In this document: positions 16,964-27,256 of the stretch, piece by piece | Numbering within the stretch: the first letter of the stretch is position 1 | How the letters are laid out: each line of letters begins with the position of its first letter | NCBI GenBank assembly: GCA_934660865.1 | Contig: CAKUIA010000004.1 | Span: 1-32,000, forward strand | Direction of reading: 5' to 3' | Source: an uncultured Opitutales bacterium | Lineage (GTDB): Bacteria > Verrucomicrobiota > Verrucomicrobiia > Opitutales > Intestinicryptomonadaceae | DNA: 32,000 nucleotides | Translations under genes and position numbers: made by a program | The notes under the pieces: model-generated | Told to the model about the DNA's origin: nothing | The model's input: only the letters and a program-made list of their open reading frames with translations | The model's database searches: none

Positions 16964-18724
16964 ATGGAAATTTCTTTTCACCCCGCAAAATATTTGGAAG
17001 GCCTTGTAAAAAAGGCGGCGCAAAACAAGTCGTTCGAAAATTTCGACGAAAAAATAAAAATTGCAGACCCGCGTTTTGGAGACTTTCAGGCAAACGGCGC
17101 GCTTGCCTACGCAAAAATGGCAAAGGCAAATCCGAGGCAAATAGGCCAAACTCTTGCCGACGAAATAAAATCGCTGCCCGAATACGACCCGGAATTGCTG
17201 GAAGTTTCGATAGCTGGAGCGGGCTTTATAAATTTTAAATTCACACCCAAATTTTTGGGGGAATATTTGGCAAAGTTCAAAAACGACGCCGACTTAAAAA
17301 AGGCGGCTTCGTCTTTTTACGGCGGCAAAAAAATCGTTGTAGACTACCCTTCGCCAAATACCGCAAAACAGATGCACGTTGGGCACCTGCGCCCGATGGT
17401 TATAGGCGAGGCGATTTCGCGCCTTTTCAGATTCTGCGGAGCAAACGTTGTTTGCGACAACCATATCGGCGACTGGGGCACAAACTTCGGCATACTTATT
17501 TACGGCATTAAAAGCCAAAACTACAAGCTGGACGTAGAAAACGAAAACTCTCTTGAAGAGCTCGAGCAAATGTATAAGGCGGGCTCCGCAAAGGCCAAGC
17601 AAGACCCGGCCTGCGCCGACGCCGCCCGCACCGAATTGGTTAAACTGCAAAACGGCGACCCCGAAAACACAAAGCTTTGGCAGGATATTTGCAAGGTAAG
17701 CAAGGCGGCCTTCGACAGAATGTACAAGGCCTTGTCGATTACAACCGACATAAGCCTGGGCGAGTCGTTTTACCGCGACAAGGTTGCCCGCGTATACGGC
17801 GAACTTACCGAGTTGAATTTGGCGGTTCAAGACCAGGGGGCTTTGTGCGTATTCTTTAAAGACGACCCCCAGTTTAAAGACCAGCCCTTTATAATACGCA
17901 AAAGCGACGGGGCTTCGAACTATGCCTCTACCGACTTGGCGTGCGTTTTGTATAGAACGGAAAAACTTGACGCCGACGAAATTGTCTACGTAACCGACGG
18001 CCGCCAGCAAGACCACTTTAAGCAGCTGTTTATGACAACAAACAAGTGGTTTTCGGCAAAGGGCTACCGCATACCCGAATTAAAACACGTTTGGTTCGGA
18101 ACCATTTTGGGCGAAGACGGCAAGGCCATAAAAACCAAAAGCGGCGAGCCCGTGCGCCTAAAGGCCCTTATTGCCGAAGCCGTTTCGCGCGCCGAAAAGG
18201 TTGTAAGGGAAAAGAACCCCGATATGACAGATTCGGAAATAACCCACATTGCAAACACGGTGGGCATTGCCGCCCTGCGCTATAGCGACCTAAGCCAAAA
18301 CCGCACAAGCGACTATCTTTTTAGCTGGAACAAGCTCCTGTCGTTCGACGGCAACACGGCGCCCTACCTGCTTTACGCATTGGCGAGAATCTACTCGATT
18401 TTCAGAAAGGCGAATATCGACATAAATTCGGATTTTGAAAAGAATGCGGCCGACCTTGAAAGCGAGCAGGAAATTGCGCTGGCAAGAAAGCTTTTGGCGT
18501 TGCCGAATGTGTTCGAGCAGGCATTGGCGGAGTTAAAGCCCCATTATATATGCGGCTACTTATACGAATTGGCGGGAGCATTTTCGACGTTCTACAACAC
18601 CAACAAGGTTATTGTAGACGATATTCGCACAATGAACAAAAGGCTTATGCTTTGCGCAAGAACGCTTGAGTTTATGAAAACGCTTTTGGGGCTTTTGCCG
18701 ATAGAGCCCCTCGAAAAGATGTAG
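16964..18724 (+). CDS. argS: Arginine--tRNA ligase
   Basis: 586 aa. Motifs FGDFQANGA, SPNTAKQMHVGHLR (HIGH region), and a DALR anticodon-binding C-terminus ending ...IEPLEKM. Starts 2 nt after folD. Confidence 0.95.
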   Translation: MEISFHPAKYLEGLVKKAAQNKSFENFDEKIKIADPRFGDFQANGALAYAKMAKANPRQIGQTLADEIKSLPEYDPELLEVSIAGAGFINFKFTPKFLGEYLAKFKNDADLKKAASSFYGGKKIVVDYPSPNTAKQMHVGHLRPMVIGEAISRLFRFCGANVVCDNHIGDWGTNFGILIYGIKSQNYKLDVENENSLEELEQMYKAGSAKAKQDPACADAARTELVKLQNGDPENTKLWQDICKVSKAAFDRMYKALSITTDISLGESFYRDKVARVYGELTELNLAVQDQGALCVFFKDDPQFKDQPFIIRKSDGASNYASTDLACVLYRTEKLDADEIVYVTDGRQQDHFKQLFMTTNKWFSAKGYRIPELKHVWFGTILGEDGKAIKTKSGEPVRLKALIAEAVSRAEKVVREKNPDMTDSEITHIANTVGIAALRYSDLSQNRTSDYLFSWNKLLSFDGNTAPYLLYALARIYSIFRKANIDINSDFEKNAADLESEQEIALARKLLALPNVFEQALAELKPHYICGYLYELAGAFSTFYNTNKVIVDDIRTMNKRLMLCARTLEFMKTLLGLLPIEPLEKM

Positions 18725-18752
18725 TTTTTAGCGCAACAAGCTAGGGAAAAAC

Positions 18753-18780
18753 AAAACGCCGCACTTTTGCGGCGTTTTTT
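18753..18780. terminator. Bidirectional rho-independent terminator between argS and the ThuA-like gene
   Basis: AAAACGCCGCA-CTTT-TGCGGCGTTTTTT: a perfect 9-bp stem flanked by an A-run and a T-run. Confidence 0.75.
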
Positions 18781-18790
18781 GCGGGCGGTT

Positions 18791-19702
18791 TTATTTGCCG
18801 AATTTTTCGATTAGCAGCTTTTTGTAGCTTTCAATATCGCGACGCGGCGGCTTTGTTATAAGCGATTCCATTTCGGCGTAGGTCGGGGGCAAGGAGTCTA
18901 CACCGTTTTGCGGAACCTCGTTTTTTGCAAGCCAAACAACTGCGTTTAAAAGAAGCTTTCTATAGTTGTCGTTTTTCAGCGCCCAAACGCTGTGGCCTCC
19001 CGTAAAGCCGAAAGCTTTGTGGGTGCAATCAGAATATGTCCAAAGCAGCGTTTCGCTTTTGCCCAAATTTTGGCGCACATAGTCGTTGCCCGAATGAGGA
19101 CCGTTGCGCCCTTTCCTTACTTTGTCGGGAGGGGCGGCCCTTGCAACCGAAACTGCATTTTCGGCAAGCCTTATGTTAAAATACCACTCGTCTACAAGCG
19201 AAAAATCGGCAACGCCGTTCGAAATCGGGTGCGATTTGTCCAAAACAATATCGGCTTTCCATGTGGGGTTTACCGACCAGTACGTTTCGTAGGCCCCGCC
19301 GCAAATGCCGCGAATAAACGGCTCGCCCTCCTTTTTGCAGGGCTGCAAAGCGTAGTGCAATACGCCGAAATTTACTCCGCTTTTTGCCAGCTTTTCGGCC
19401 GCGGCTTCGTTGCCCTTAAAGGGGCTGTTTTCGCCGCCTTCGGCGACAACTACAACGGCCGTAGCGTTTTTTATATCCGCAAAAGTTGCGCCTTTTTGCA
19501 TGTATAAAATTTCGGTTTCGATATCGGGCAAAGCCCTATTTACCGCCTTTTCCAGCAAAATACAGGCGGCTTCGTTTTCGTGGTCGCCCCAATAGTGGAC
19601 GGAGTTTCCCGCATAAAACACAATCTTTGCGGGCTTATTTGCGCAGCCGGCAAGCGACACGGCAAGCGCAACGGCAACAACAATTTTTGCAAAAAAATTC
19701 AT
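18791..19702 (-). CDS. ThuA-domain lipoprotein (class I glutamine-amidotransferase-like fold)
   Basis: Start at ATG 19702 gives MNFFAKIVVAVALAVSLAGC (lipobox LAGC). The pattern ...VLHYAL...GGAYETYWSV...HPISNG...DEWYF...FGFTGGHSVWALKNDNYRKLLLNAVVWLA matches the ThuA family. Alternative ATG at 19723. Confidence 0.75.
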   Translation of the reverse strand: MNFFAKIVVAVALAVSLAGCANKPAKIVFYAGNSVHYWGDHENEAACILLEKAVNRALPDIETEILYMQKGATFADIKNATAVVVVAEGGENSPFKGNEAAAEKLAKSGVNFGVLHYALQPCKKEGEPFIRGICGGAYETYWSVNPTWKADIVLDKSHPISNGVADFSLVDEWYFNIRLAENAVSVARAAPPDKVRKGRNGPHSGNDYVRQNLGKSETLLWTYSDCTHKAFGFTGGHSVWALKNDNYRKLLLNAVVWLAKNEVPQNGVDSLPPTYAEMESLITKPPRRDIESYKKLLIEKFGK

Positions 19703-19706
19703 ACGG

Positions 19707-20681
19707 CTACTTTCTTGTTGCAAACAAACACCTGAATACCGAACCGAAATAGTCGGGCGAAATCAATTCCATTAGCGCCCTTTTTTTGGGAGACAACGGA
19801 TCGGTATTCGCCACAATGTCGCAAAGCTTTTTTTGCGAGTTTTTCATAAAAAAGTTTTCCTGCGTGCAGTAGTTTGCATTGGCAAACCCGCAGTTTTTCA
19901 AAACCGCTTCAAGCGGCTCTATCTGCGGGCTATATGTTAAGTCCGAAACGCCCGCCATAGAATAAATGTCAAGGCTTTCAACCATATTTTTATATCTTCT
20001 GGCCGTGCCCTTGCCGAATGCGTATAGCTCGTGCGCCGTTCTAAAATAGTCTATAAAAAGCAACAGCCCCGTCCATTTTTGCGAGCAGATTTCCCTGAAC
20101 ATATCCAATGCGTCGAAGGAAAAATCTACAACAAAGCCGTCGAATGTATCGGGAAAATTTTTGTTTAAAACTTCGCATTCGGCTTTTTCGGCGCCGCAAT
20201 AAACCTCGCTAAAACTTCCGCCTTGCACGGGCGCCAAATACAGTTTTTTCCACTTGTTGTGCTCGTACAAAAACCTGTCGAAGGGACGCGAATCGAGCAA
20301 CTCGTTCGAAAACACGAAAATATCTTCGCCCGAAATTTCAAGCTTGCTGCCGAGCCTGAGCGATTCGGAATTTTCGAAAAGCTCCCTGTCGGGCTCGGCT
20401 CCAATTTCAATTATTTTTTCGGGGGCTTTGCCCAAAATGCTTTTGGCGCCGTCCAACAAAAGCTCGGCAAACATTGCGCCTTTTAGGTTCGAGCTTGTGT
20501 AAAAGTCGCCCTTGGTGCCAGTGCGTATTCGGTTTGCCCTGTAATACGAATATTCGTATTCGAAAAGGCACTTTTTAACAAATTCCGAAAGCGGAATAAG
20601 CCCGTTGTTGGCCGCGGCATATTCGCCGATTTTTTCGAGTATCAGATTTGTGATTTCTTCGTCGTTCATTTTAAAAAACAT
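19707..20681 (-). CDS. MidA/NDUFAF7-like class I SAM-dependent methyltransferase (DUF185)
   Basis: YYRANRIRTGTKGDFYTSSNL...MFAELL is the characteristic MidA N-terminal motif. ATG 20681 (preceded by GAAGG) overlaps the recF 3' end by 11 nt. Alternative ATG at 20669. Confidence 0.7.
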   Translation of the reverse strand: MFFKMNDEEITNLILEKIGEYAAANNGLIPLSEFVKKCLFEYEYSYYRANRIRTGTKGDFYTSSNLKGAMFAELLLDGAKSILGKAPEKIIEIGAEPDRELFENSESLRLGSKLEISGEDIFVFSNELLDSRPFDRFLYEHNKWKKLYLAPVQGGSFSEVYCGAEKAECEVLNKNFPDTFDGFVVDFSFDALDMFREICSQKWTGLLLFIDYFRTAHELYAFGKGTARRYKNMVESLDIYSMAGVSDLTYSPQIEPLEAVLKNCGFANANYCTQENFFMKNSQKKLCDIVANTDPLSPKKRALMELISPDYFGSVFRCLFATRK

Positions 20682-21738
20682 ACTTGCCGCCTTCGGCTTT
20701 AATGTCGAACCAGTCGCCCGCGGGCATATTCGAAGTTGCCGTTGCTATAACCTGAAATGATTTGTCTATGCAGTTCCAAAAGGCCTCTTTGCGGTAGTCG
20801 TCAAGCTCGCCTAGAATGTCGTCGCAAAGCAAAACGGGGGCTTCGTTTTTTCTTTCGAAAAGGGTATTTAGCTGCGCCAGCCTAAGAGACAGCGCAACCG
20901 AGCGCTGCTGTCCGTCGGAGGCGTATTTAATTGCGGCCTTGCCCGCAAGCAGGGGCAAAATGTCGTCTTTGTGCGGGCCCGATTTTGTGCTGCCTATAAG
21001 TTTTTCGGCTGCGCGCGAAATCTTCAAAGTTTCGGCATATTCGCCGGCGTCTTTTGCCGAAGAAGAGCGCCTTAATACAACCGCCAGTTTTTCGCCCGAT
21101 TTTTTTGCAAGCTCGCCGTAGTAAAGCGAGCTTTTTTCGCTAAGCTCTTTTAAATAAAATTCCCTCTTTTCGGTGATAACCGAAAAGGCCTGCGCCATCT
21201 GCATTTCGAAAGCCGAAAATTCGGCGTCGCTTGCGCCGTCGCTTTTAAGCAGCATATTGCGGCTTGCAAGGGCCTTGTGGTAGTTCCTTAAAGCCGAAAA
21301 ATATTCGGCGTCGAGCGAGGATATGTATACGTCTATAAACCTGCGCCTTAATGCGGGGGCGGCCTTTACCAGCTGAAGATCGTAGCCGCCCATTGCAAGA
21401 ACGGGGTATTTGCCTATAAAGTCGGCAAGGGTTGGGCACTTGTTGTCGTCTATTGCAACCGTGTTTTTTTGCTGCGTTATGTTTATTAAAACGCTGCTTG
21501 CGCCCTCCGTTTTTTCCACGTCTATCAAGGCCTGTGCCGACTTTTGCCCGAAACGGATAAGGTCGCCCAAAACGGCGGTTCTAAACGAGCGCATTGCCGC
21601 CAGCAAAGACAAGGCCTCGAGCATATTGCTTTTGCCCTGCGCGTTTATTCCGTATATGCGCACGTGCTTTGCGCAAAGCGGCACATCGGCAAACTCAACG
21701 TTCCTAAAATTCGAAAGCCTTGCGTTTTTTATTATCAC
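20671..21738 (-). CDS. recF: DNA replication and repair protein RecF
   Basis: Motifs LSNFRNVEF, Walker [26 protein letters not shown], signature [17 protein letters not shown], and Walker [14 protein letters not shown]. Start reassigned to GTG 21738, which forms a GTGA overlap with the stop of the upstream HAD gene. The track start at 21780 would overlap by 46 nt. Confidence 0.9.
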   Translation of the reverse strand: MIIKNARLSNFRNVEFADVPLCAKHVRIYGINAQGKSNMLEALSLLAAMRSFRTAVLGDLIRFGQKSAQALIDVEKTEGASSVLINITQQKNTVAIDDNKCPTLADFIGKYPVLAMGGYDLQLVKAAPALRRRFIDVYISSLDAEYFSALRNYHKALASRNMLLKSDGASDAEFSAFEMQMAQAFSVITEKREFYLKELSEKSSLYYGELAKKSGEKLAVVLRRSSSAKDAGEYAETLKISRAAEKLIGSTKSGPHKDDILPLLAGKAAIKYASDGQQRSVALSLRLAQLNTLFERKNEAPVLLCDDILGELDDYRKEAFWNCIDKSFQVIATATSNMPAGDWFDIKAEGGKYVF

Positions 21739-22718
21739 TTTGCGTGCAGGTGTCGGGGGGCTTTGCCTACGCGCTCGCAAACCGCGCGCGATTTGTCGGC
21801 GGCTATTCTCTTGCAGATTTTTTCGACGTGCATTTTAAGCCATATATACGTGGGGCTTTCGGGCGTATAAACGCAGGGGCCGTAGGCGTCTATGCGGCCG
21901 CTTTCCAAAAGCATGTCGTTTTGCTCGAACTCGGCCCTACATTTTGGCGAATATACGGCATATGCCTTTCCGCCGTTGTTCTTTACAACCGAAAACACTG
22001 GTATGTCGCTGGGCCCGTCGGCAACGTATATCATATTCTTTATTGGAACGCGCCTGTCTTCCTCGGCAACTTTTGCGTTTACGTCTATTTCGGGATTTTT
22101 GTTTGTGCCCTTGTTTATCTCGAAAATAAAGCGGGTTTTTATGGTGTTGTCTACCATCGAGCCGATTTGGTTTATCTGGGTGGAAAGGCACGAAAAGTCG
22201 AATTCCCTTTGCTGCAAAAAATAGGGGGGCATAGGCTCCTCTATAAATTCGCAGCCGAAAATTCCGTCGCAAAACGGCGCAATGGCGCTGCCCTTTATCA
22301 TTTCGGCCAAGCCCGTGCTTACAATGTAGTGCTCCAGCTTTATGTCAAGCTTGGCGTATTCGGGGTTTTCCGAAACCTGCTTTTTAAGGCTGTCGAAAAA
22401 TTCGGGCAGCCCGTCACAAAACCTAAGGCGCGCGCCCAATTCGCGCAGCTTTGCGTTTGAAAGCCCGCGCATTGGCCCGTTTTTAACATAGCTTAAAATG
22501 TGGTTTAAATATACGGTTTCGGCGCTAACCCTTATGCCCTTTTTCGCATATATTGCGGGCAGCGAATTTACCTCTTTCCAAAAATCGACCGGGTCTATGT
22601 TGTATTCCTCAAACAGCGGCGTTTGCATATAGCCGTCTATCAAAGTCTTGTCGAAGTCCCAAACACACGCAATAATGGGCGGATTTCTTATTGCCCCCTC
22701 TGTTAAGTCTTGATTCAT
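21735..22718 (-). CDS. HAD-superfamily hydrolase (long-cap type)
   Basis: 327 aa from ATG 22718 (MNQDLTEG...). HAD motif [10 protein letters not shown], motif II VSTG, motif III/IV K...[10 protein letters not shown]. The 59-codon upstream track extension looks non-coding. Confidence 0.75.
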   Translation of the reverse strand: MNQDLTEGAIRNPPIIACVWDFDKTLIDGYMQTPLFEEYNIDPVDFWKEVNSLPAIYAKKGIRVSAETVYLNHILSYVKNGPMRGLSNAKLRELGARLRFCDGLPEFFDSLKKQVSENPEYAKLDIKLEHYIVSTGLAEMIKGSAIAPFCDGIFGCEFIEEPMPPYFLQQREFDFSCLSTQINQIGSMVDNTIKTRFIFEINKGTNKNPEIDVNAKVAEEDRRVPIKNMIYVADGPSDIPVFSVVKNNGGKAYAVYSPKCRAEFEQNDMLLESGRIDAYGPCVYTPESPTYIWLKMHVEKICKRIAADKSRAVCERVGKAPRHLHAK

Positions 22719-22775
22719 CGTTAAAAATTCTATTACCTGTAAGTGATAGTAAAATAATTTAGATATTTGGAAAAA

Positions 22776-23864
22776 ATGCAAGGAATACCTTCGATAGACC
22801 CCTTTCTTAAAAGACTCGCCCAGCTTGACGAAAAAATGGCGGCGCCCGATTTTTACAACGACCAAAGAGCAGCCAGCACAATATCGCGCGAGCACAAACA
22901 GCTAAGCGAGCTAAAAGACACCTTCCAGGCCTATCAGGACGCAAAGAAGCAAATAGACGAAAACAAGTCCATTATTGCAGATCCCTCCAGCGACGCCGAT
23001 TTAAAGGAGCTTGCCCAGGAAGACCTAAAAGACTTGGAACAAAAACTGCCGCAGTTGGAAAAGTCGGTATTGGTTTTGATGTTGCCCCCCGACGAAACCG
23101 ATTCTAGAAACACCGTTGTGGAAATCAGGGCGGGAACCGGCGGCGACGAAGCCTCGCTTTTTGCGGCAGACCTCTACAGAATGTACACCCGCTTTGCCGA
23201 CAGCAAGGGCTGGAAAATAGAACAGCTTAGCTCAAGCGAATCGGAGGCGGGCGGCTTTAAGGAAATATGCTTTTTAATGAGCGGCGACTCGGTTTACCGC
23301 TACATGAAATACGAAAGCGGCACGCACAGGGTTCAGCGCGTTCCGGCAACCGAAGCCAACGGCAGAGTCCACACGTCGGCGGCAACCGTTGCGGTTTTGC
23401 CCGAAGCCGAAGAGGTGGACATTCACATAGACCCACAGGATATAGAAATTTCCATTGCAAGGGCAAGCGGCCCCGGCGGACAGGGCGTAAACACTACCGA
23501 CTCGGCAGTTCAGATTTTGCACAAACCCACGGGCATGATTGTTAAATGCGCCGACGAAAGGTCGCAATTAAAGAACAAAACAAAGGCCTTGAAAGTGCTA
23601 AGGTCGCGCCTGCTTGAAATGAAACAGCGCGAAGAGGCCGAAAAGTATGCAAAAAACCGCCGCGAGCAGATTGGCAGCGGCGACCGCTCCGAACGCATAC
23701 GAACCTACAACTTTCCCCAAAGCCGCTTAACCGACCACAGAATCGGCCTTACGGTGCACTCGCTGGCCCAGGTTATGGACGGCGACATTGGCGACATAAT
23801 AAAGGCTCTCGAAGAGGCCGACTATTCAAACCGAATAAAGTCGCTTATGGAGGAAAACGCCTAG
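22776..23864 (+). CDS. prfA: Peptide chain release factor 1
   Basis: PAT tripeptide ([14 protein letters not shown]) specific to RF1 and the GGQ motif ([15 protein letters not shown]). ATG at 22776. Confidence 0.95.
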   Translation: MQGIPSIDPFLKRLAQLDEKMAAPDFYNDQRAASTISREHKQLSELKDTFQAYQDAKKQIDENKSIIADPSSDADLKELAQEDLKDLEQKLPQLEKSVLVLMLPPDETDSRNTVVEIRAGTGGDEASLFAADLYRMYTRFADSKGWKIEQLSSSESEAGGFKEICFLMSGDSVYRYMKYESGTHRVQRVPATEANGRVHTSAATVAVLPEAEEVDIHIDPQDIEISIARASGPGGQGVNTTDSAVQILHKPTGMIVKCADERSQLKNKTKALKVLRSRLLEMKQREEAEKYAKNRREQIGSGDRSERIRTYNFPQSRLTDHRIGLTVHSLAQVMDGDIGDIIKALEEADYSNRIKSLMEENA

Positions 23865-23867
23865 CAA

Positions 23868-24719
23868 ATGGCGCTTTCGGTTATAGAGGTTTTGAAGAAA
23901 ACCGAAGAGTTTTTTCTTCAAAAAAACATTCCCAACGCCAAGTTAGACGCCCAGTTGCTGCTTGCAAAAGCGCTTAATAAAAAGAGGCTGGAGCTTTTTT
24001 TGCTGTTCGACAAACCCATGCAGCAAGGCGAGCTTGATTTGTATAGGGACTTTGTAAGGCGCAGAGCCAGGCGCGAGCCTTTGCAGTATATTGTGGGCGA
24101 ATGCGAATTTTACAACGCCCTTTTAAAATGCGACAGGCGCGCCCTTATACCGCGAAGCGAAACCGAAGAGCTTTGCGCCCTTGTTTGCGAAAAATATTTT
24201 ACCGACAAAAAAGAGCTTGATTTGAAAATTTTGGACATGGGAACTGGCAGCGGGGCCATTGCCGTTGCCCTTGCCAAAAATTTTAAAAACGCAAAGGTAT
24301 TTGCCTGCGACATCAGCGAAAGCGCCCTTTCGCTTGCGACCGAAAACGCCAAGCTAAACAATGTTTGCATAGAATTTATAAAATCCGACTGGTTCGAGAA
24401 CATAGACGGCAAGTTCGACATAATAATTTCGAACCCGCCCTACCTTAGCAAAACCGAAATTGAAAGCGCCCAAAGCGAAGTAAAAGACTTTGAACCTTAT
24501 AACGCACTGTTTAGCGAAAACAACGGCTTTGCCGATTTGCAAAAGATTGTTGAAAACGCAAAAAGCCGCCTAAACGAAAACGGATTTTTGTTTTTCGAAA
24601 CGGGAATCGCACACAAAGCCCCGCTGGAATCGCTTGCAAAAATATCGGGCTTTTTGTGCGAAACGCTGCCCGACTTAAGCGGCAGGCAGCGCTACGGAAT
24701 TTTGCGGGCTGCAAAATAA
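23868..24719 (+). CDS. prmC: Release factor glutamine N5-methyltransferase
   Basis: 283 aa. PLQYIVGECEFY, SAM-binding ILDMGTGSGAIAV, and the catalytic NPPY (IIISNPPYL). Lies 3 nt after prfA. Confidence 0.9.
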   Translation: MALSVIEVLKKTEEFFLQKNIPNAKLDAQLLLAKALNKKRLELFLLFDKPMQQGELDLYRDFVRRRARREPLQYIVGECEFYNALLKCDRRALIPRSETEELCALVCEKYFTDKKELDLKILDMGTGSGAIAVALAKNFKNAKVFACDISESALSLATENAKLNNVCIEFIKSDWFENIDGKFDIIISNPPYLSKTEIESAQSEVKDFEPYNALFSENNGFADLQKIVENAKSRLNENGFLFFETGIAHKAPLESLAKISGFLCETLPDLSGRQRYGILRAAK

Positions 24720-24735
24720 AAGCGAAAAATATTTT

Positions 24736-25968
24736 TTAGAACGACACTACAAGCTGCCCGCCCACAACAAGGGCGTTGTCTATGTTTTTGTCGCCGTTGG
24801 GGGTTATAACATACTGCAAGTCGGGCTGTATGGAAATGTTTTGGTTTATCTGAAACACATAGGTTAATTCAAGCACGTTTTCGCAAGAGGCCCTTTCGCC
24901 CGAATCGGTTTTGTAGTTTTCGCTAAACCAGCCGCCCGTCCACGAAAAAAACAGGGCGTCGTTAGGTCTGCAGGGGGTAAAGCCCTTAAAGCGCACACCC
25001 GCATAGGCCATATAGCTTACGGCGCTTACGCCCTCTAGGGGCGCATACTGCAAGCCCGCCCAAAGCGAAATGCTTTTGCCGTCTAAACTTTGCCAAACGG
25101 TTTGCTGGCCCTGCAGGTAAATGCCGTAGGCGTTTTCGCGCGTGCTGTCGGCTAAGCCGCCTACATTGTAGCCGCCGTAGAACCAGCCGCCAAGCTGGTA
25201 TTGCCCCCTAAGGACGGTGCCGTTTTCGGCATAAAACGCGGGCGACCACTGCGCCTGAAAAATGGCCATATAGCCGTCGTCTTTCCTTATTTTCCAGTCA
25301 AGGCCGTCCCACTTTTTAGAACTTATGTTTTGCGGAATTTGGTAGAGGCCTGCGGCAAAACTTAGGTTGTTTACGGTATCGTATTCTACGGCAATGCCCC
25401 ATGTCGCCTGCGGCGACGAAGTAAACGGGCTGTTAAAAAACATAGCTTCGGGAGTGGAATTTATAGCTCCGCTTACCATATATCCGAACACGGGCAGGCC
25501 GCAAAAAATATCCGACATACTCATTCTGCCCAGCGAAACCGTAAGGGTGTCGCCGTCGAATACTTCAATTTCCTGCGATATAAAAAATTCGTAGAACATT
25601 GCCCCGTCGGTTACGCTTGACTCCGAAAGCGTAAAATAGTTGCCGACTGCATTGCTTAAATTTGCGCCCGCATTGTACGCGCCCGAAACCATTATTGTCA
25701 TTCCCCTAAGCGAGGCTATTTGTTGCATGTCCAGCTCCAGCCCGAAAAGCATTTCGTGCGTATAGTTTGTAGATTGCCTGTTGCCCCCCGAAGGATTGCT
25801 TAAAAGCACCGCATAGTAGTCGAAAAACGGAGTTATTCCGGTGTAATCGGAAAACTCGCCGCTTTTGGTTTCTATTTGTCGGCACAGGGTGTCTATGCAG
25901 TTGCTTTCTTCGGCATACAAGCCCGCAAAAGAAAGCAAAAATATAAGGGAGGCTTTTACAGATTTCAT
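24736..25968 (-). CDS. OprB-family (carbohydrate-selective) outer-membrane porin
   Basis: Signal peptide MKSVKASLIFLLSFAGLYA, alternating beta-strand pattern, and an OprB-like C-terminus IQPDLQYVITPNGD...VVGGQLVVSF ending in Phe. Confidence 0.75.
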   Translation of the reverse strand: MKSVKASLIFLLSFAGLYAEESNCIDTLCRQIETKSGEFSDYTGITPFFDYYAVLLSNPSGGNRQSTNYTHEMLFGLELDMQQIASLRGMTIMVSGAYNAGANLSNAVGNYFTLSESSVTDGAMFYEFFISQEIEVFDGDTLTVSLGRMSMSDIFCGLPVFGYMVSGAINSTPEAMFFNSPFTSSPQATWGIAVEYDTVNNLSFAAGLYQIPQNISSKKWDGLDWKIRKDDGYMAIFQAQWSPAFYAENGTVLRGQYQLGGWFYGGYNVGGLADSTRENAYGIYLQGQQTVWQSLDGKSISLWAGLQYAPLEGVSAVSYMAYAGVRFKGFTPCRPNDALFFSWTGGWFSENYKTDSGERASCENVLELTYVFQINQNISIQPDLQYVITPNGDKNIDNALVVGGQLVVSF

Positions 25969-26050
25969 AATAATTATTTTTTGTTATCTACAAAATTTAC
26001 ATTCGGCAAAAGCGCCGTTTTATGAAATCGGATTTTCGCAAAACTACTAA

Positions 26051-26086
26051 AAAACAAAAAAGGCCGCCCGTTTAACGGACAGCCTT
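26051..26086 (-). terminator. Rho-independent terminator of the 26114-27130 gene
   Basis: On the - strand: AAGGCTGTCCG-TTAAA-CGGGCGGCCTT (with G:U pairs) followed by a T-rich run (TTTTTTGTTTTTT). Confidence 0.55.
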
Positions 26087-26113
26087 TTGTTTGAAAAATC
26101 TGTTTTTATTAGA

Positions 26114-27130
26114 TTAGAGCGATTCGCCCGAAACTGCGCCAACCTGCGAATTGTCGGGAAGAGTGTTTTCGCCGCTCGAAGCCGAGTCGGCATCGGAGCT
26201 GTCGGCAACATTTGTGCCCGAAGTGGGAACCTGCGCGGGAGCGGGAGTTTTGTCTTCAACCGTGCTGGGATTTGCGTTCGAACCCGCAACCGATACGTCG
26301 GAAGCGCTCGATACATTGCCGTCGGCCGTTTTTGCGCTTTCGTTTACAACATTGCCCGCAGGGTCTTTGTCTACAACAGTTGTTGTGTTTGTGCCGTCGG
26401 GGTTGTTAACAAGTGTAGTTTGCGATGTGGAACCGTTGTTGTTGGTTGTTGTAACGTCTGCATTTACCAAAGCAATTTCGGTAGAGGGAGCCGAAGAGGA
26501 GGTATCTTTTACCTGGTTGCCCGCAACTACGCCCGAAACTGTTGTAGTGTTGCCGTCGTTGGAAACGGTTGCGTCTACAGAGGCGTTGTTTACGGTGCCC
26601 TGAACTTGTTGCGAACCGTCTGCATTGTTTGTTACCGCAACTTTGCCCGAAACAATCTGCTTGCCCGCGTTCGAAGCTTTAACGTCTACAACGGGGTTGT
26701 TGGGCTTGGAAGTGTCTACATTAAGTTCCAACGAAAAGTCTACAGCGGCGCTGGTGTCGGCATTTGCTATTGCCGATTTAAGGGCGTTTAATACGTTTGC
26801 AACCGTGCTCGCGGCGGCGTTGCTCTTTTTAAGCGAAGCTTTTACCGCGTTTTGTATGTCCGACATATTGTCGGCTATTGTCGACGAAGTTCCCGCCAAA
26901 GGAGAGAATTTTACGCCAACTTTTACGCCCGAAGCAGTAGATAACACGTTAACGGCAATCTTGCCTTTTTTGGTGTTGTAAACATACTGGCCGTTTTCGG
27001 ACTTAACCATTTCTCCGCTTGCAGATTCCGTTGCCTGCTGGGCCGCAGCAGGAGCGGGCTGTGCCGCAAACACAAATCCCGAAAGGGATATTAACGAAAG
27101 TAATGCTATTGTGTACTTTTTGCTTTTCAT
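26114..27130 (-). CDS. Secreted low-complexity S/T/N/V/A-rich protein (hypothetical; possible surface/adhesin-like)
   Basis: Signal peptide MKSKKYTIALLSLISLSGFVFA. After the signal peptide, the C-terminal 200 aa or so lack Cys, Trp, Phe, Tyr, His, Met and Arg entirely and are dominated by V/N/T/S/D/G/A. Its own terminator lies downstream. Confidence 0.7.
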   Translation of the reverse strand: MKSKKYTIALLSLISLSGFVFAAQPAPAAAQQATESASGEMVKSENGQYVYNTKKGKIAVNVLSTASGVKVGVKFSPLAGTSSTIADNMSDIQNAVKASLKKSNAAASTVANVLNALKSAIANADTSAAVDFSLELNVDTSKPNNPVVDVKASNAGKQIVSGKVAVTNNADGSQQVQGTVNNASVDATVSNDGNTTTVSGVVAGNQVKDTSSSAPSTEIALVNADVTTTNNNGSTSQTTLVNNPDGTNTTTVVDKDPAGNVVNESAKTADGNVSSASDVSVAGSNANPSTVEDKTPAPAQVPTSGTNVADSSDADSASSGENTLPDNSQVGAVSGESL

Positions 27131-27256
27131 TTTTTTTGAGGGTTTAGTTTATTCTTAAATTGTAAAATAAATAGTCCAATATCTTTTGTACGTCATTTTA
27201 TATTGAACGCATAATACGGTTTTGCAAGTCTTTTTTGCTATTTTTTTAAGCGCCCG

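Noticed and set aside
20671-21738. Whether the RecF-like ATPase is really a defence-system ATPase (AAA15/OLD/Septu-type) with the HAD protein as its effector.
   Set aside because: The full-length pattern, including GPHKDD and SDGQQR...[11 protein letters not shown], is that of canonical RecF. There is no nuclease, TOPRIM or HNH partner.
24720-24735. The AT palindrome AAAAATATTTTT between convergent prmC and the porin gene, as a terminator.
   Set aside because: It is a 16-nt gap with no GC stem, too weak to call. Termination probably relies on other signals.
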